DNA of 64,000 bases, from assembly GCA_042571125.1 (NCBI GenBank), contig JBHPFU010000002.1:109878-173877 (forward strand), given 5' to 3'. The notes below the pieces were generated by a model. It did no database searches, was not told where the DNA came from, and saw nothing but the letters and a program-made list of their open reading frames with translations. Positions 28,853 to 38,436 of the stretch are shown here, in pieces. This stretch comes from Nanobdellota archaeon. Lineage in GTDB: Archaea > Nanobdellota > Nanobdellia > Woesearchaeales > UBA10107. Position 1 is the stretch's first letter; each line of letters starts with the position of its first letter. The translations under genes were made by a program, and so were the position numbers.

Positions 28853-29898
28853 TGGGCAAAAGACTAAGAAATCGTAGAAAGAAGAAGCATCATGCAAAAG
28901 CTAATGATAAATATTGGGGGATTTCAGAACCTGCTTTTGGACAAACTCTAGAAAGTATCCCCGGCATGAAATACTTTGTAGATTTATTTGAGAAAACACC
29001 ATTTGAAAAGCTTCCTAGTGCAGAGCAAATGGCAAACATAATCGCTCCAGCAGGTCCTCTCTCATATTCTGACCTGGAAGAGATGGCTAGATTTTTTGGA
29101 TACAGAATAGAATATTCTGAAAAGGACCATAACAGAAAAGTAATTAATCCTGGATACGCGTGCATATTCTCTTCATCAGATGAAAAGTACAGAGTTATTT
29201 ACTTGAATCCGCGTACAGATCCAGATAGGCAAAGACAAATATTAGGTCATGAGCTTGGACATCCTTTACTTTATACGTATTGTATGGCAAAAGATTTGAA
29301 AGCTTTTAGCTATGGTAAAGATTGCTATGATGATGAAGGTGATAAAACTTGTTGGCCAGCAGAACATTATCTGGATAAGTTAAGTCATAATCTTATTTTC
29401 CCGGATTCTATTCTGTCCGGATTAGATCTTACAGAAATTGATGCTAAAGGAGCGATGGAGATTGCTAAGGAATTTGGAGTTCCGATAGAAACTGTTGTTA
29501 CTCGTTTACACAGATTTACTAATAAAAACGGATTGGTAATCCTTGATTATTATGGGCATGTTGGTGGTTCTAGAGATAAGTATCATGTAAGTTATCAAGG
29601 ACTGCCTGTAAGCCACAGAGTTGATTTGAACCAACGTTCAACAAAACAGGGATTCAAAAGATGGAGAGAAGGATTGAATGGGGAAAGAACAAAGGTTGAA
29701 GCAGAAGAAATACTAGACATAACAAAAAGCAATGGACCATTTAGAATAAGAACTCCTTGTAATTATCTTTCATTTCATTCTACGCACAGACAGTATAAAT
29801 CCAAAACATGGTATAGGGGGGATATTAAAAATCCAAGAAGAATTCTTGTAAGCTTTCCTGTTAACGGAGGTAAAGCCGTTCCATTATCACTGGATTAA
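28852..29898 (+). CDS. IrrE/ImmA-family Zn metallopeptidase (M78-like) with HTH and C-terminal extension
   Basis: IYLN......RQR..LGHELGH, downstream E...D.L...L.FP, IAKEFGV..ETV..RL helix-turn-helix; TAATG overlap. Confidence 0.82.
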   Translation: MGKRLRNRRKKKHHAKANDKYWGISEPAFGQTLESIPGMKYFVDLFEKTPFEKLPSAEQMANIIAPAGPLSYSDLEEMARFFGYRIEYSEKDHNRKVINPGYACIFSSSDEKYRVIYLNPRTDPDRQRQILGHELGHPLLYTYCMAKDLKAFSYGKDCYDDEGDKTCWPAEHYLDKLSHNLIFPDSILSGLDLTEIDAKGAMEIAKEFGVPIETVVTRLHRFTNKNGLVILDYYGHVGGSRDKYHVSYQGLPVSHRVDLNQRSTKQGFKRWREGLNGERTKVEAEEILDITKSNGPFRIRTPCNYLSFHSTHRQYKSKTWYRGDIKNPRRILVSFPVNGGKAVPLSLD

Positions 29899-30373
29899 TC
29901 GGTTTATCTGTTTCGTCTGTTTCTAGGTTTCCAATCTTTCTTAAAACATCTTCTCCTTTTATCACTTGACCAAAAACAGAATGTTTTCCATTCAGCCAAG
30001 ACGTTGGAACTAGGGTAATAAAGAATTGAGAACCGCCTGTATTCGGACCTCGGTTAGCCATAGAAAGAATTCCCATTTTATTATGTGTTAATTCTTCATG
30101 AAATTCGTCAGGAATTGTGTAACCAGGACCGCCAGTTCCATCTCCCACAGGATCTCCTCCCTGGATCATAAAGTTTCTTATAACTCTATGGAATGTTAAG
30201 TTATCGTAATATCCTTGTTTTGTTAGTGTTATGAAATTCTCTGTTGTTACCGGAGCTCTTTCCTGAAATAACTCTACTTCCATTGTTCCGTGATTTGTTT
30301 CAATAACCACAATAGTGTTTTTAGAACAACCTGCTAAAAGAAGTATCGCGAGTATTAAGATTAATCTTTTCAT
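29861..30373 (-). CDS. Cyclophilin-type peptidyl-prolyl isomerase, lipoprotein
   Basis: LLAGC lipobox; FHRVIRNFMIQGGD, LSMANRGPNTGGSQFFIT. Confidence 0.93.
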   Translation of the reverse strand: MKRLILILAILLLAGCSKNTIVVIETNHGTMEVELFQERAPVTTENFITLTKQGYYDNLTFHRVIRNFMIQGGDPVGDGTGGPGYTIPDEFHEELTHNKMGILSMANRGPNTGGSQFFITLVPTSWLNGKHSVFGQVIKGEDVLRKIGNLETDETDKPINPVIMERLYLR

Positions 30374-30630
30374 TTTTTAATCTTGCCAAGAAGAAACATG
30401 AATATTATGAACAGACCGATTATTATTAGAAGTAGGCTTACATTTCTTAAGTAAGTGTATTGATAAATAACAAAGTTAACAAAACCTATCACAGCCAAGA
30501 ATAAACCTACAACCCAGTTGTTCTTTTCAAAATATTTCATGAATGCTGTATCCTTGAAAACAATCCCAACCCACATCCCAATGACTAAACTTAGTAGAAC
30601 TTGAATGAAAATAAGGTTTGGTTGATACAT
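30370..30630 (-). CDS. Small membrane protein
   Basis: Three hydrophobic segments; stop overlaps cyclophilin start; start uncertain. Confidence 0.6.
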   Translation of the reverse strand: MYQPNLIFIQVLLSLVIGMWVGIVFKDTAFMKYFEKNNWVVGLFLAVIGFVNFVIYQYTYLRNVSLLLIIIGLFIIFMFLLGKIKK

Positions 30631-30706
30631 AAGATATCTTTTATATTGATAATATATAAATCTTTTCCTCAAAAGCTTTATAAATCGCTGATTTATTTTT
30701 TACTAT

Positions 30707-32068
30707 ATGATAAACGGTACTACTGTTTTAAATTATGTTAGATGTCCTAGACTCGTTTGGAACAAATTCTATGGCCCTTCTGAAGAAAAAACTGCGGTTC
30801 ATGAGTTTATGCAGAAAAAGATGGGGGAAGGTCTTGTTCTTGAAAAAGGTTACATCAAAAAATTGCCTCATGAATCTTTCAGTTTTACGAATTTGGAAGA
30901 CGGGTTTAAGAAAACTCTTGAGCTTATGAAAAAAGGAGCAAAAAGAATATATCATCCTGTTCTTATGTATGATGATTTTGTTGGAATTCCTGATCTAATT
31001 GAAAAAGTAAAGGGAAAATCAAGATTGGGGGAGTACTACTATGTTGCGGGAGATGTTAAAAGCACAATAAGACCAAAAGAAGAACAGGTTATGCAGGTAG
31101 TATTTTATAATCATCTGATAAGCAAAGTACAGAGATATCTTCCTCACCTTGGTTTTCTTGTTATGCGAGATGAAAACAGAGTTGATGTAAACATAACTGA
31201 TAATATTTCTAAGCTTAATAAAGACATTAAAATGATAAGAGAGATTTGCAACGGGATGGTTATTTCTCCAACAATTAATAGTCACTGTACATTCTGTCCA
31301 TGGAAAGACTATTGTTTTAATATTGCTCTTAATGATGGAGACATATCAATGATTAAGGGTCTTGGTTCTTCCGCTAAAAAGATATTAAACGAAATCGGCG
31401 CTCATAAAATAGAAGATGTTGCAAAACTTGACCCAGAAAAAACCCATTTTAAAGGATTTACTCCGGCAACAGTTCAGAAATGGAAACTTCAAGCAGAATC
31501 TTTAAGAGATGATAAGGTAATAAAGATAAAAAAGCATAGTTTCTCTTCTCGGTTGTATGAAGTTTACCTTGACTTAGAATCCCAGGATAATACTCAAGTA
31601 GTTTATCTTATTGGTTTATTAGTTAACGGCAAAGTAAAACAGTTCACTGCTCTAAAGCCAGAAGATGAGAAGAAAACTCTCCTGGAATTTGTTAAATATG
31701 TTATTTCACTAAAAGATTTTGTTATTTATCACTACGGAACATTTGAAAAGACTATGTTCAGAACTTTATTTAAGAAATATTCTGTAAATAAAGCAGAGGG
31801 CGATAAGATAATGTCAAATATGATTGATCTGCTTCCGATAATCAATTCTTCTGTTGTTCTTCCTTTGCACAGCTATTCCCTGAAAAGGATTGCTCGGTAC
31901 CTTGGCTTTAAATGGACAGATAAGAAAGCTGATGCTGCCGAATCTATGTACTGGTATGATCTATGGCTAAAAGATGGGGACCTTAAATGGTTAGAGTTAA
32001 GTACAAAGTATAATGAAGATGACTGTAAGGCTACTAAAATAATTAAAGAATGGCTTGAGAAACTTTAA
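30707..32068 (+). CDS. TM0106-family RecB/Cas4-like nuclease with HhH and RNase H-like (YprB-type) C-terminal domain
   Basis: RCPR, G.PDLI..D.K, Q..FY, C..CPW...C Fe-S staple, IKGLG, YLDLE, YSLK.IA..LGF.W, YNEDDC.AT. Confidence 0.88.
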   Translation: MINGTTVLNYVRCPRLVWNKFYGPSEEKTAVHEFMQKKMGEGLVLEKGYIKKLPHESFSFTNLEDGFKKTLELMKKGAKRIYHPVLMYDDFVGIPDLIEKVKGKSRLGEYYYVAGDVKSTIRPKEEQVMQVVFYNHLISKVQRYLPHLGFLVMRDENRVDVNITDNISKLNKDIKMIREICNGMVISPTINSHCTFCPWKDYCFNIALNDGDISMIKGLGSSAKKILNEIGAHKIEDVAKLDPEKTHFKGFTPATVQKWKLQAESLRDDKVIKIKKHSFSSRLYEVYLDLESQDNTQVVYLIGLLVNGKVKQFTALKPEDEKKTLLEFVKYVISLKDFVIYHYGTFEKTMFRTLFKKYSVNKAEGDKIMSNMIDLLPIINSSVVLPLHSYSLKRIARYLGFKWTDKKADAAESMYWYDLWLKDGDLKWLELSTKYNEDDCKATKIIKEWLEKL

Positions 32069-32253
32069 TGAATTATTTTATGAAGAAGCCAGAACAGACC
32101 CAGCATAAGCCCGCCTACAACTGATAGCAATCCCAGGTAGAATATAAACGGAGAACTTGCTGTTTGCCCGATTAATAAAAGAAAAGCTCCTCCTGCAAAT
32201 AACCAAACAAGAACAGGTATCTTCTTCCAATCGAATTTCTTTGGCATGAGCAT
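32065..32253 (-). CDS. Small two-TM membrane protein
   Basis: 62-aa ORF with two hydrophobic helices and upstream tttatata. Confidence 0.55.
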   Translation of the reverse strand: MLMPKKFDWKKIPVLVWLFAGGAFLLLIGQTASSPFIFYLGLLSVVGGLMLGLFWLLHKIIH

Positions 32254-32323
32254 TATTAAGTATGAAACTTATATAAATTTTCCTACCAAAACCTTTATAA
32301 ACCACCTACATACTCAATATATC

Positions 32324-32380
32324 ATCAAGAGATGATCTGGTTACGGCTTGGTCATGCTTAAGATGAGCTATTCTCTTGAT
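32324..32380 (+). promoter_or_regulatory. Candidate structured 5' leader (three-way junction) of rps15
   Basis: atcaagaga/tctcttgat closing stem with two internal hairpins; starts about 23 nt downstream of tttataaa at 32294. Confidence 0.5.
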
Positions 32381-32390
32381 TATAAATAAA

Positions 32391-32846
32391 ATGGCACGAA
32401 AATATTCCAGAGACAAAGGACAAGCAGGTTCAACAAAACCTAGCAAACCTTCAAAACCTACTTGGATTAGATATAAGGCGGAAGAAGTTGAAGCAATAAT
32501 TGCTAAGCTAGCTAAAGAAGGAAAATCTGCTTCAAAAATAGGAATTCACTTAAGAGATAATTTCGGAATCCCTGATGTAAAAACCATAACAGAAAAGAAA
32601 ATATCTAAAATTCTAAAAGAAAAGAATATCTCTCCGAAATTACCTGAAGACTTATCATCTTTACTTAAAAGAGTTATCCAAATACAAAAACATATTGAAA
32701 GAAATCACAAAGACCAAACTGCTAAAAGAGGTTTGAACTTAACAGAATCAAAAGTCAAAGCATTGCTTAAATACTACAAAGCTAAGAAAGTTCTTCCAGC
32801 AAGCTGGAAATATGATTCAAAGAACGTAGCATTGTTACTAAGATAG
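32391..32846 (+). CDS. rps15: 30S ribosomal protein S15 (uS15, archaeal S13e/S15 type)
   Basis: MAR..S..KG..GS.KP, S.IG..LRD..GIP, PEDL..L, KD..AKRGL.L.ESK, W.Y. Confidence 0.95.
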   Translation: MARKYSRDKGQAGSTKPSKPSKPTWIRYKAEEVEAIIAKLAKEGKSASKIGIHLRDNFGIPDVKTITEKKISKILKEKNISPKLPEDLSSLLKRVIQIQKHIERNHKDQTAKRGLNLTESKVKALLKYYKAKKVLPASWKYDSKNVALLLR

Positions 32847-32853
32847 AATCCTG

Positions 32854-34227
32854 ATGACCAATTATGAGAAGTTTAGACAGCACATAGTGGGTGCTGTTAA
32901 AGAGTTTAATAAAATACCAAAGAATGAGAAGATTAGAGTTATTTCTCACTTAGATTCTGACGGAATAAATGCATGTGCAATAGCAATAAATGCATTAAGT
33001 TTAGAAAACAGACCTTACTCAATCTCAATTATCGAACAATTGGATGAAAAAATAATAGAGAAGTTATCAAAAGAAGATTACAATGTTTACTTGTTTTCGG
33101 ATATTGGTTCAGGACAACTTTCTATGATAAATAAGCACTTGGGCAACAAAAAAATAATCATCCTAGATCATCACACGCCAGACGGTTCAGAAATAAAGGA
33201 AAACACAATATATGTAAATCCTCACTTGCATGACATTGATGGCGGAATGGAAATAGCAGGTTCTGGTGTTGTATACTTATTCGCAAAAGAATTAAACCAA
33301 AAAAACAAGAAGCTGGCACATCTTGCAGTAATAGGTGCAATAGGTGATGTCCAAGATAAAAACGGTTTTGAAAAACTAAACTCTGAAATTCTAAACGAAG
33401 CTGTTGAACAGGGGTTAATAGAAGTCAAGAAAGGAATAAATCTTTACGGATCCCAGACAAGACCGATTCATAAAGCATTAGAATACTCTGAATTACTAGA
33501 TATGAATGAAAGCGAGGCAATCCAGTTTCTGAACAGCATTGGAATAAACTCAAGAACTGAAAAAGATTGGAAAAAAATGCCTGACCTAACAGGAGAAGAA
33601 ATAAAAACACTGGCAGCAGGAATAATAATGAAAAGAAAAGGTCAGGAAGACTCAGAAGATATATTTACAGACCAATATTTGATAACCGGAGAGGAGGACG
33701 GGACTCAGTTCAGAGATGCAAAAGAATTTTCAACATTATTAAACAGCTGTGGAAGATTAAACAAGGCCTCGATTGGAATTGGTGCGTGCCTTGGAGATAA
33801 AAAAGCAAGGAAAAAAGCATTAAGCAGTTCAAAAGATTACAAAAGACAGTTAGCAGGAGCATTGAATTGGTTTAGAGAAAATCCAGATATAATAAAAGGA
33901 GATAATTATATAATAATAAATGCAAAAGATAACATATTGCATACTATCGCAGGAACATTGGCTTCTATCATCTCAAAATCAGGAGACTATCCGGACAACA
34001 TGTTCATAATGTGTTTAGCAAGAAACAGAAATCAAGATAATTTTTCAAAAGTATCAATAAGAATGACAGGAAAACCAGAAATAGACATAAGCGAGGTTGC
34101 AAGAGAGATAGTAGCGATATCTGGAGGAGAGGCAGGAGGACATAAGTCTGCTGCAGGAGCAATAATCGAAGCAGAGAATGATGAAAAGTTCATAGAGGCT
34201 GCCAAAGAGGTTTTCAGCAAATACTAA
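32854..34227 (+). CDS. DHH-family phosphoesterase (RecJ-like)
   Basis: ISH.D.DG, D.GSG, LDHH, GGGH..AAG; usual archaeal neighbour of rps15. Confidence 0.9.
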   Translation: MTNYEKFRQHIVGAVKEFNKIPKNEKIRVISHLDSDGINACAIAINALSLENRPYSISIIEQLDEKIIEKLSKEDYNVYLFSDIGSGQLSMINKHLGNKKIIILDHHTPDGSEIKENTIYVNPHLHDIDGGMEIAGSGVVYLFAKELNQKNKKLAHLAVIGAIGDVQDKNGFEKLNSEILNEAVEQGLIEVKKGINLYGSQTRPIHKALEYSELLDMNESEAIQFLNSIGINSRTEKDWKKMPDLTGEEIKTLAAGIIMKRKGQEDSEDIFTDQYLITGEEDGTQFRDAKEFSTLLNSCGRLNKASIGIGACLGDKKARKKALSSSKDYKRQLAGALNWFRENPDIIKGDNYIIINAKDNILHTIAGTLASIISKSGDYPDNMFIMCLARNRNQDNFSKVSIRMTGKPEIDISEVAREIVAISGGEAGGHKSAAGAIIEAENDEKFIEAAKEVFSKY

Positions 34228-34259
34228 CCTTTTTAAAGTATTATTTAATAATATAGAAA

Positions 34260-36095
34260 ATGGCTAAAATCAAAACAAACGTCAAAAGCAATGCAGAAAA
34301 GATTGTTATAGATACTTCTGTAATAATTGAAGGTCTTGCTTCTATAAAAATTGAATCAGGAGATATTAAACCAAAAGAAATACTAATCCATGAAGCGGTT
34401 CTATCAGAATTAGAGAATCAGGCAAATTCTGGAAAAGAGATAGGATATATCGGCCTAGCAGAAGTAAAGAAGTTAAGAGCGATATCTAAAAAATATAAAT
34501 TCAAAATAACTTACACAGGAAAAAGACCTGAAGAATTTCAGATTAAAAGAGCAAAATCAGGAGAGATCGATGCTTTAATTCGTGCATTGGCATTCCAAGA
34601 AAAAGCTACACTATTAACCGCAGATAAAGTTCAGGCATTAGTTGCAGAAGCAAAAGGTGTTGATACAGTCTTAATTGAATTTGAATTCCCAGAGAGAAAA
34701 TTCGTTCTTGAATCTTTCTTTGACAAAACAACTATGTCTGTTCACATAAAAGAGAATACAAAAACAGTAGCTAAAAAAGGCATGCCTGGGGATTGGGAGT
34801 TCGCGGTTGTTGGAAAAAAAGAATCAACAAAAGATGAGATAGAAGACATGGTAAAAGATATTGTTGAAGAAGCTACAAGAAGACCTGACGGATTTATTGA
34901 AATAGAAAGAAGAGGTTCAACAATTATTCAATTGTCAAATTACAGAATCGTAATCACAAAACCTCCGTTTGCAGACGGCTGGGAAATCACGGCAGTAAGA
35001 CCCGTTAAAAGACTAAGCTTAGATGACTACAAGCTATCAGATAAATTAAAAGAAAGAATTGCTGAACAGGCAGACGGAATATTAATCGCAGGATCTCCAG
35101 GAATGGGTAAAACTACTTTTGCTCAAGGACTTGCAGAGTATTACTCAACAAAAGATAATATTGTAAAGACTATTGAAGCTCCAAGAGATTTGATATTGCC
35201 TGATGAAGTTACACAGTACTCAATAAGCCATGGTTCTCAGCAAGAAATTCACGATATTTTACTTTTAACAAGACCTGATTATACATTATTTGATGAGATG
35301 AGGAACACAGATGATTTTAGACTATTCTCAGACTTAAGATTGGCAGGAGTAGGTATGGTTGGGGTTATACACGCAACAAATCCTATTGATGCCATTCAAA
35401 GATTTATAGGAAGGATTGAACTTGGAGTTATTCCTCATGTTATTGATACTGTTGTTTTCATAAAAGATGGAGGAGTCAATAAAGTCCTAAATGTTCAGAT
35501 GCAGGTCAAGGTTCCTTCTGGAATGTCAGAAGCAGATCTTGCAAGACCTATCGTTATTGTGAGTGATTTTGAAACAGGCAAAGCAGAATTTGAGATATAC
35601 AGCTATGGAGAACAGACAGTTGTTATTCCTGTAGAGGCTGAAAAAGGAAGTCCTGCTAAAGAGCTTGCAAAGATAACAATTGCTAATGAACTTCAAAGAT
35701 ATTCTGACTTTGTTGAGGTGGACATGGTTTCTGAATACAAATGTATTGTTTATGTCCCAGATAAAGACATTGCAGGCATTATTGGTAGAGAAGGAAAAAG
35801 GATTCAAGAAATTGAAAGTAATTTGGGAATATCTATTGATGTAAGAGAACTAAAAGAACTTCCTAAAAACGGAACAAAGATTGATTTCTCACCAGAATTT
35901 TCAAATAAATTCTTGATCATAAGAGTAGATCCTAAATATTCAGAGCAAAATGTTGATGTATACATAAAAGATGACTACTTTGCTTCTATGAATGCAGGAA
36001 AAAACGGAGAGATAAGAGTCAAGAAAACAAATAAATTAGGAAAGGCATTGGCTAATTCCTTAAAGTATAATGAGAAGATAGAAATCTTTATTTAA
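34260..36095 (+). CDS. PIN domain-ATPase-KH protein (PINA)
   Basis: VIDTS PIN, GSPGMGKTTF, RPDY..FDEMR, IIG..G..I KH motif. Confidence 0.9.
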   Translation: MAKIKTNVKSNAEKIVIDTSVIIEGLASIKIESGDIKPKEILIHEAVLSELENQANSGKEIGYIGLAEVKKLRAISKKYKFKITYTGKRPEEFQIKRAKSGEIDALIRALAFQEKATLLTADKVQALVAEAKGVDTVLIEFEFPERKFVLESFFDKTTMSVHIKENTKTVAKKGMPGDWEFAVVGKKESTKDEIEDMVKDIVEEATRRPDGFIEIERRGSTIIQLSNYRIVITKPPFADGWEITAVRPVKRLSLDDYKLSDKLKERIAEQADGILIAGSPGMGKTTFAQGLAEYYSTKDNIVKTIEAPRDLILPDEVTQYSISHGSQQEIHDILLLTRPDYTLFDEMRNTDDFRLFSDLRLAGVGMVGVIHATNPIDAIQRFIGRIELGVIPHVIDTVVFIKDGGVNKVLNVQMQVKVPSGMSEADLARPIVIVSDFETGKAEFEIYSYGEQTVVIPVEAEKGSPAKELAKITIANELQRYSDFVEVDMVSEYKCIVYVPDKDIAGIIGREGKRIQEIESNLGISIDVRELKELPKNGTKIDFSPEFSNKFLIIRVDPKYSEQNVDVYIKDDYFASMNAGKNGEIRVKKTNKLGKALANSLKYNEKIEIFI

Positions 36096-36712
36096 TTCTG
36101 TTGGCCTAGACGATAACTATCGCATACTGGATGAACATGATCTATAACCGCAAACGTACTTAATTTTGGTCTTCCTTTTTCTACTGAACTTGCAAGTGTT
36201 GATGCTAACCTGCTCAACCCGCCATTACCATTAATAAACTTCGGGAGTTTATCAACAATTCCCCTCAACAAGATATATTGCTCAGGCATAACCGTTGCAG
36301 GACCGAATGAATCATGCAAAAGATCAAGTTTTTCATAATGAATTTGACTTTCTTTAGTTCTGTCTTTGTAAGAAGCAAGTCTATAACCTACTATTTCTTT
36401 AACACCTTTTTTTGATTCTATTGCATTTTGAGCTAAAAGAATTATGATTCCGTTTTTTCTATAAAAAACAACAGATTCGTTTGGTTTGTCAGAATATCTT
36501 ATTGCTTCCTCATCCTCATGATTATCAGTTAAGTGAGTGTAATCTCTTGTTGGGTTTAATTCTTCAAAAGTAAAAACCGCACTCTCAAAACTATTCTCAA
36601 AGTATTGTCTTAATTCGTCGCATCTTGGGTGGAATTTAGCTAGAACAATCTGCTCTCTCTTTGGAATCACTAAATCTTCTGCCTCTTTTTTTACGTCTGT
36701 ATCTAAACTCAA
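36092..36712 (-). CDS. Hypothetical protein
   Basis: 206-aa ORF filling the gap between convergent and divergent genes; TTG start uncertain. Confidence 0.6.
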   Translation of the reverse strand: MSLDTDVKKEAEDLVIPKREQIVLAKFHPRCDELRQYFENSFESAVFTFEELNPTRDYTHLTDNHEDEEAIRYSDKPNESVVFYRKNGIIILLAQNAIESKKGVKEIVGYRLASYKDRTKESQIHYEKLDLLHDSFGPATVMPEQYILLRGIVDKLPKFINGNGGLSRLASTLASSVEKGRPKLSTFAVIDHVHPVCDSYRLGQQN

Positions 36713-36821
36713 TGTAATCGCCAGTTGCCTTTTGGTAATTTTGTATTTTGCCTTATTTAAAGCTTTTCATTTTTAATATATAGACAAAAGGTTTTTAAAC
36801 TTAAACCTAAACATCTAACCC

Positions 36822-38099
36822 ATGTTAAGTATTGAGCTGTTCAGAGAAGACCCAAAGCTGATAAAGGACAACATAAAGAAAAAAGGATATACTGAACAAT
36901 TGAAGTGGGTAGACGAGATAATTAAACTTGATTCTGAGTGGAGAAAGGGTAAACAGAAGGCTGATAATCTAAGAGCTAAAAGAAATAACATAAGCAAAGA
37001 AATAAACGAAGCAAAAAAAGCCGGAAAGGATATTAAAAAAGTTCTTGCAGATGCTAAGAAAATCCCTGCAGAAATTGAAAAGATAGAAAAAACCCAGGTA
37101 AAAGCTCAAGAAAAGATAATCTCATATCTTCTAAGAATACCAAATATAATGCAAAAAGATGTTCCTAAGGGAAAAGATGATGCAGATAACCCTGAAGTAA
37201 AAAAATGGGGTAAGATAAAGAACTTTAAGTTTGATGTTAAAAATCATGTTGAGTTATTAGAGAAGTTAGATTTGGTTGACTTTGATGCTTCAGGAAGAGT
37301 ATCAGGAACTGGTTTCTACTATTTAAAGAAAGAATTAGGGTTATTGAACCAGGCATTAATAAGATTCGCACTTGATTTTATGGGAAAGCAAGGATATGAT
37401 TATGTCGAGCCGCCATTAATGTTAAACGGATCTGCAATCTATGCTTCAATGGACAAAGATGCAATAGAACAATCTGTTTATTCTGTAAAAGATGAAGATC
37501 TGAATCTAATCGGAACAAGTGAACAGTCATTATTAGCCATGCATGCTAATCAGCTTATTCCAGAACAAGAACTTCCTAAAAAATACTATTCATATTCAAT
37601 GTGTTTTAGAAAAGAGATTGGTTCTCACGGAATAAATGAGAAAGGTCTTTGGAGAACCCATCAGTTCAACAAGATTGAACAATTCACATTCTGTAAACCT
37701 GACCAATCTGAAAAAATATATGATGAACTCTTAAAAAATACTGAAAAATTAATGCAGTTACTGGATCTTCCTTATCGTGTTGTTGAGATGTGTACGGGAG
37801 ACCTTGCTGACTGGAAATATAAAAGCCATGACATTGAAGTTTACAGGCCTACAACAAATGCGTACGGAGAGGTTGCTTCATTATCAAACTGCACATCATA
37901 CCAGGCAAGAAAACTAAACATAAGATTTATTGATAAAAAAGGATGTAAAGATATCCTTCATACTCTAAACAATACAGCAATAGCGACTTCAAGGATATTA
38001 GTTGCAATAGTTGAGAATTATCAAAATATTGATGGATCTATAACAGTTCCAAAAGTTCTTGTACAATACATGAACGGATTAAAGAAAATACAAAGGTGA
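36822..38099 (+). CDS. serS: Seryl-tRNA synthetase
   Basis: N-terminal coiled coil, GTSE, CFRKE.G..G....G..R.HQF.K.E, E..S.SNC..YQAR, HTLNNTA.AT.R. Confidence 0.95.
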   Translation: MLSIELFREDPKLIKDNIKKKGYTEQLKWVDEIIKLDSEWRKGKQKADNLRAKRNNISKEINEAKKAGKDIKKVLADAKKIPAEIEKIEKTQVKAQEKIISYLLRIPNIMQKDVPKGKDDADNPEVKKWGKIKNFKFDVKNHVELLEKLDLVDFDASGRVSGTGFYYLKKELGLLNQALIRFALDFMGKQGYDYVEPPLMLNGSAIYASMDKDAIEQSVYSVKDEDLNLIGTSEQSLLAMHANQLIPEQELPKKYYSYSMCFRKEIGSHGINEKGLWRTHQFNKIEQFTFCKPDQSEKIYDELLKNTEKLMQLLDLPYRVVEMCTGDLADWKYKSHDIEVYRPTTNAYGEVASLSNCTSYQARKLNIRFIDKKGCKDILHTLNNTAIATSRILVAIVENYQNIDGSITVPKVLVQYMNGLKKIQR

Positions 38100-38103
38100 T
38101 AAA

Positions 38104-38436
38104 ATGGCAGACGAAGAATTTGCAAAAGAAAAAGAGAGTTTTTTAAGCGGAGAAGATGAAGAACCCAGCGATGAAAAATCTCAGCACATGAGGGAAGGAA
38201 AAGAGGAAGTCGATGTTTATTCTGAAGAAGGAAGAGAAGAACTAATTGAAGAAGGAGAGATATCTCCCACAGAAGAAGGTTTTATGAAGGGCGCAGAAGG
38301 GCTTGGTAAAGAAGGTCATTGTGCTAATTGCGATAAGATGCTTAAAGAAGATTCTACAATTGAAACAGAAATTGACGGAGAACGCTATTTATTCTGTTCT
38401 GATCACTGCGTAGAAGAATTTAAGAAAAAAAAGTAA
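38104..38436 (+). CDS. Acidic protein with C-terminal TRASH/YHS-like metal-binding motif
   Basis: Very E/D-rich; CANC...Y.FCS..C; GGTGA SD. Confidence 0.65.
   Translation: MADEEFAKEKESFLSGEDEEPSDEKSQHMREGKEEVDVYSEEGREELIEEGEISPTEEGFMKGAEGLGKEGHCANCDKMLKEDSTIETEIDGERYLFCSDHCVEEFKKKK

Noticed and set aside
30707..32068. cas4 call
   Set aside because: The Fe-S PD-(D/E)xK domain is fused to HhH and RNase H-like domains (TM0106 architecture), with no CRISPR context.
23668..32300. Integrated provirus or ICE at tRNA-Gln carrying the dnaG operon
   Set aside because: No integrase, structural genes or downstream copy of the tRNA 3' end were found by eye; island status is unproven.
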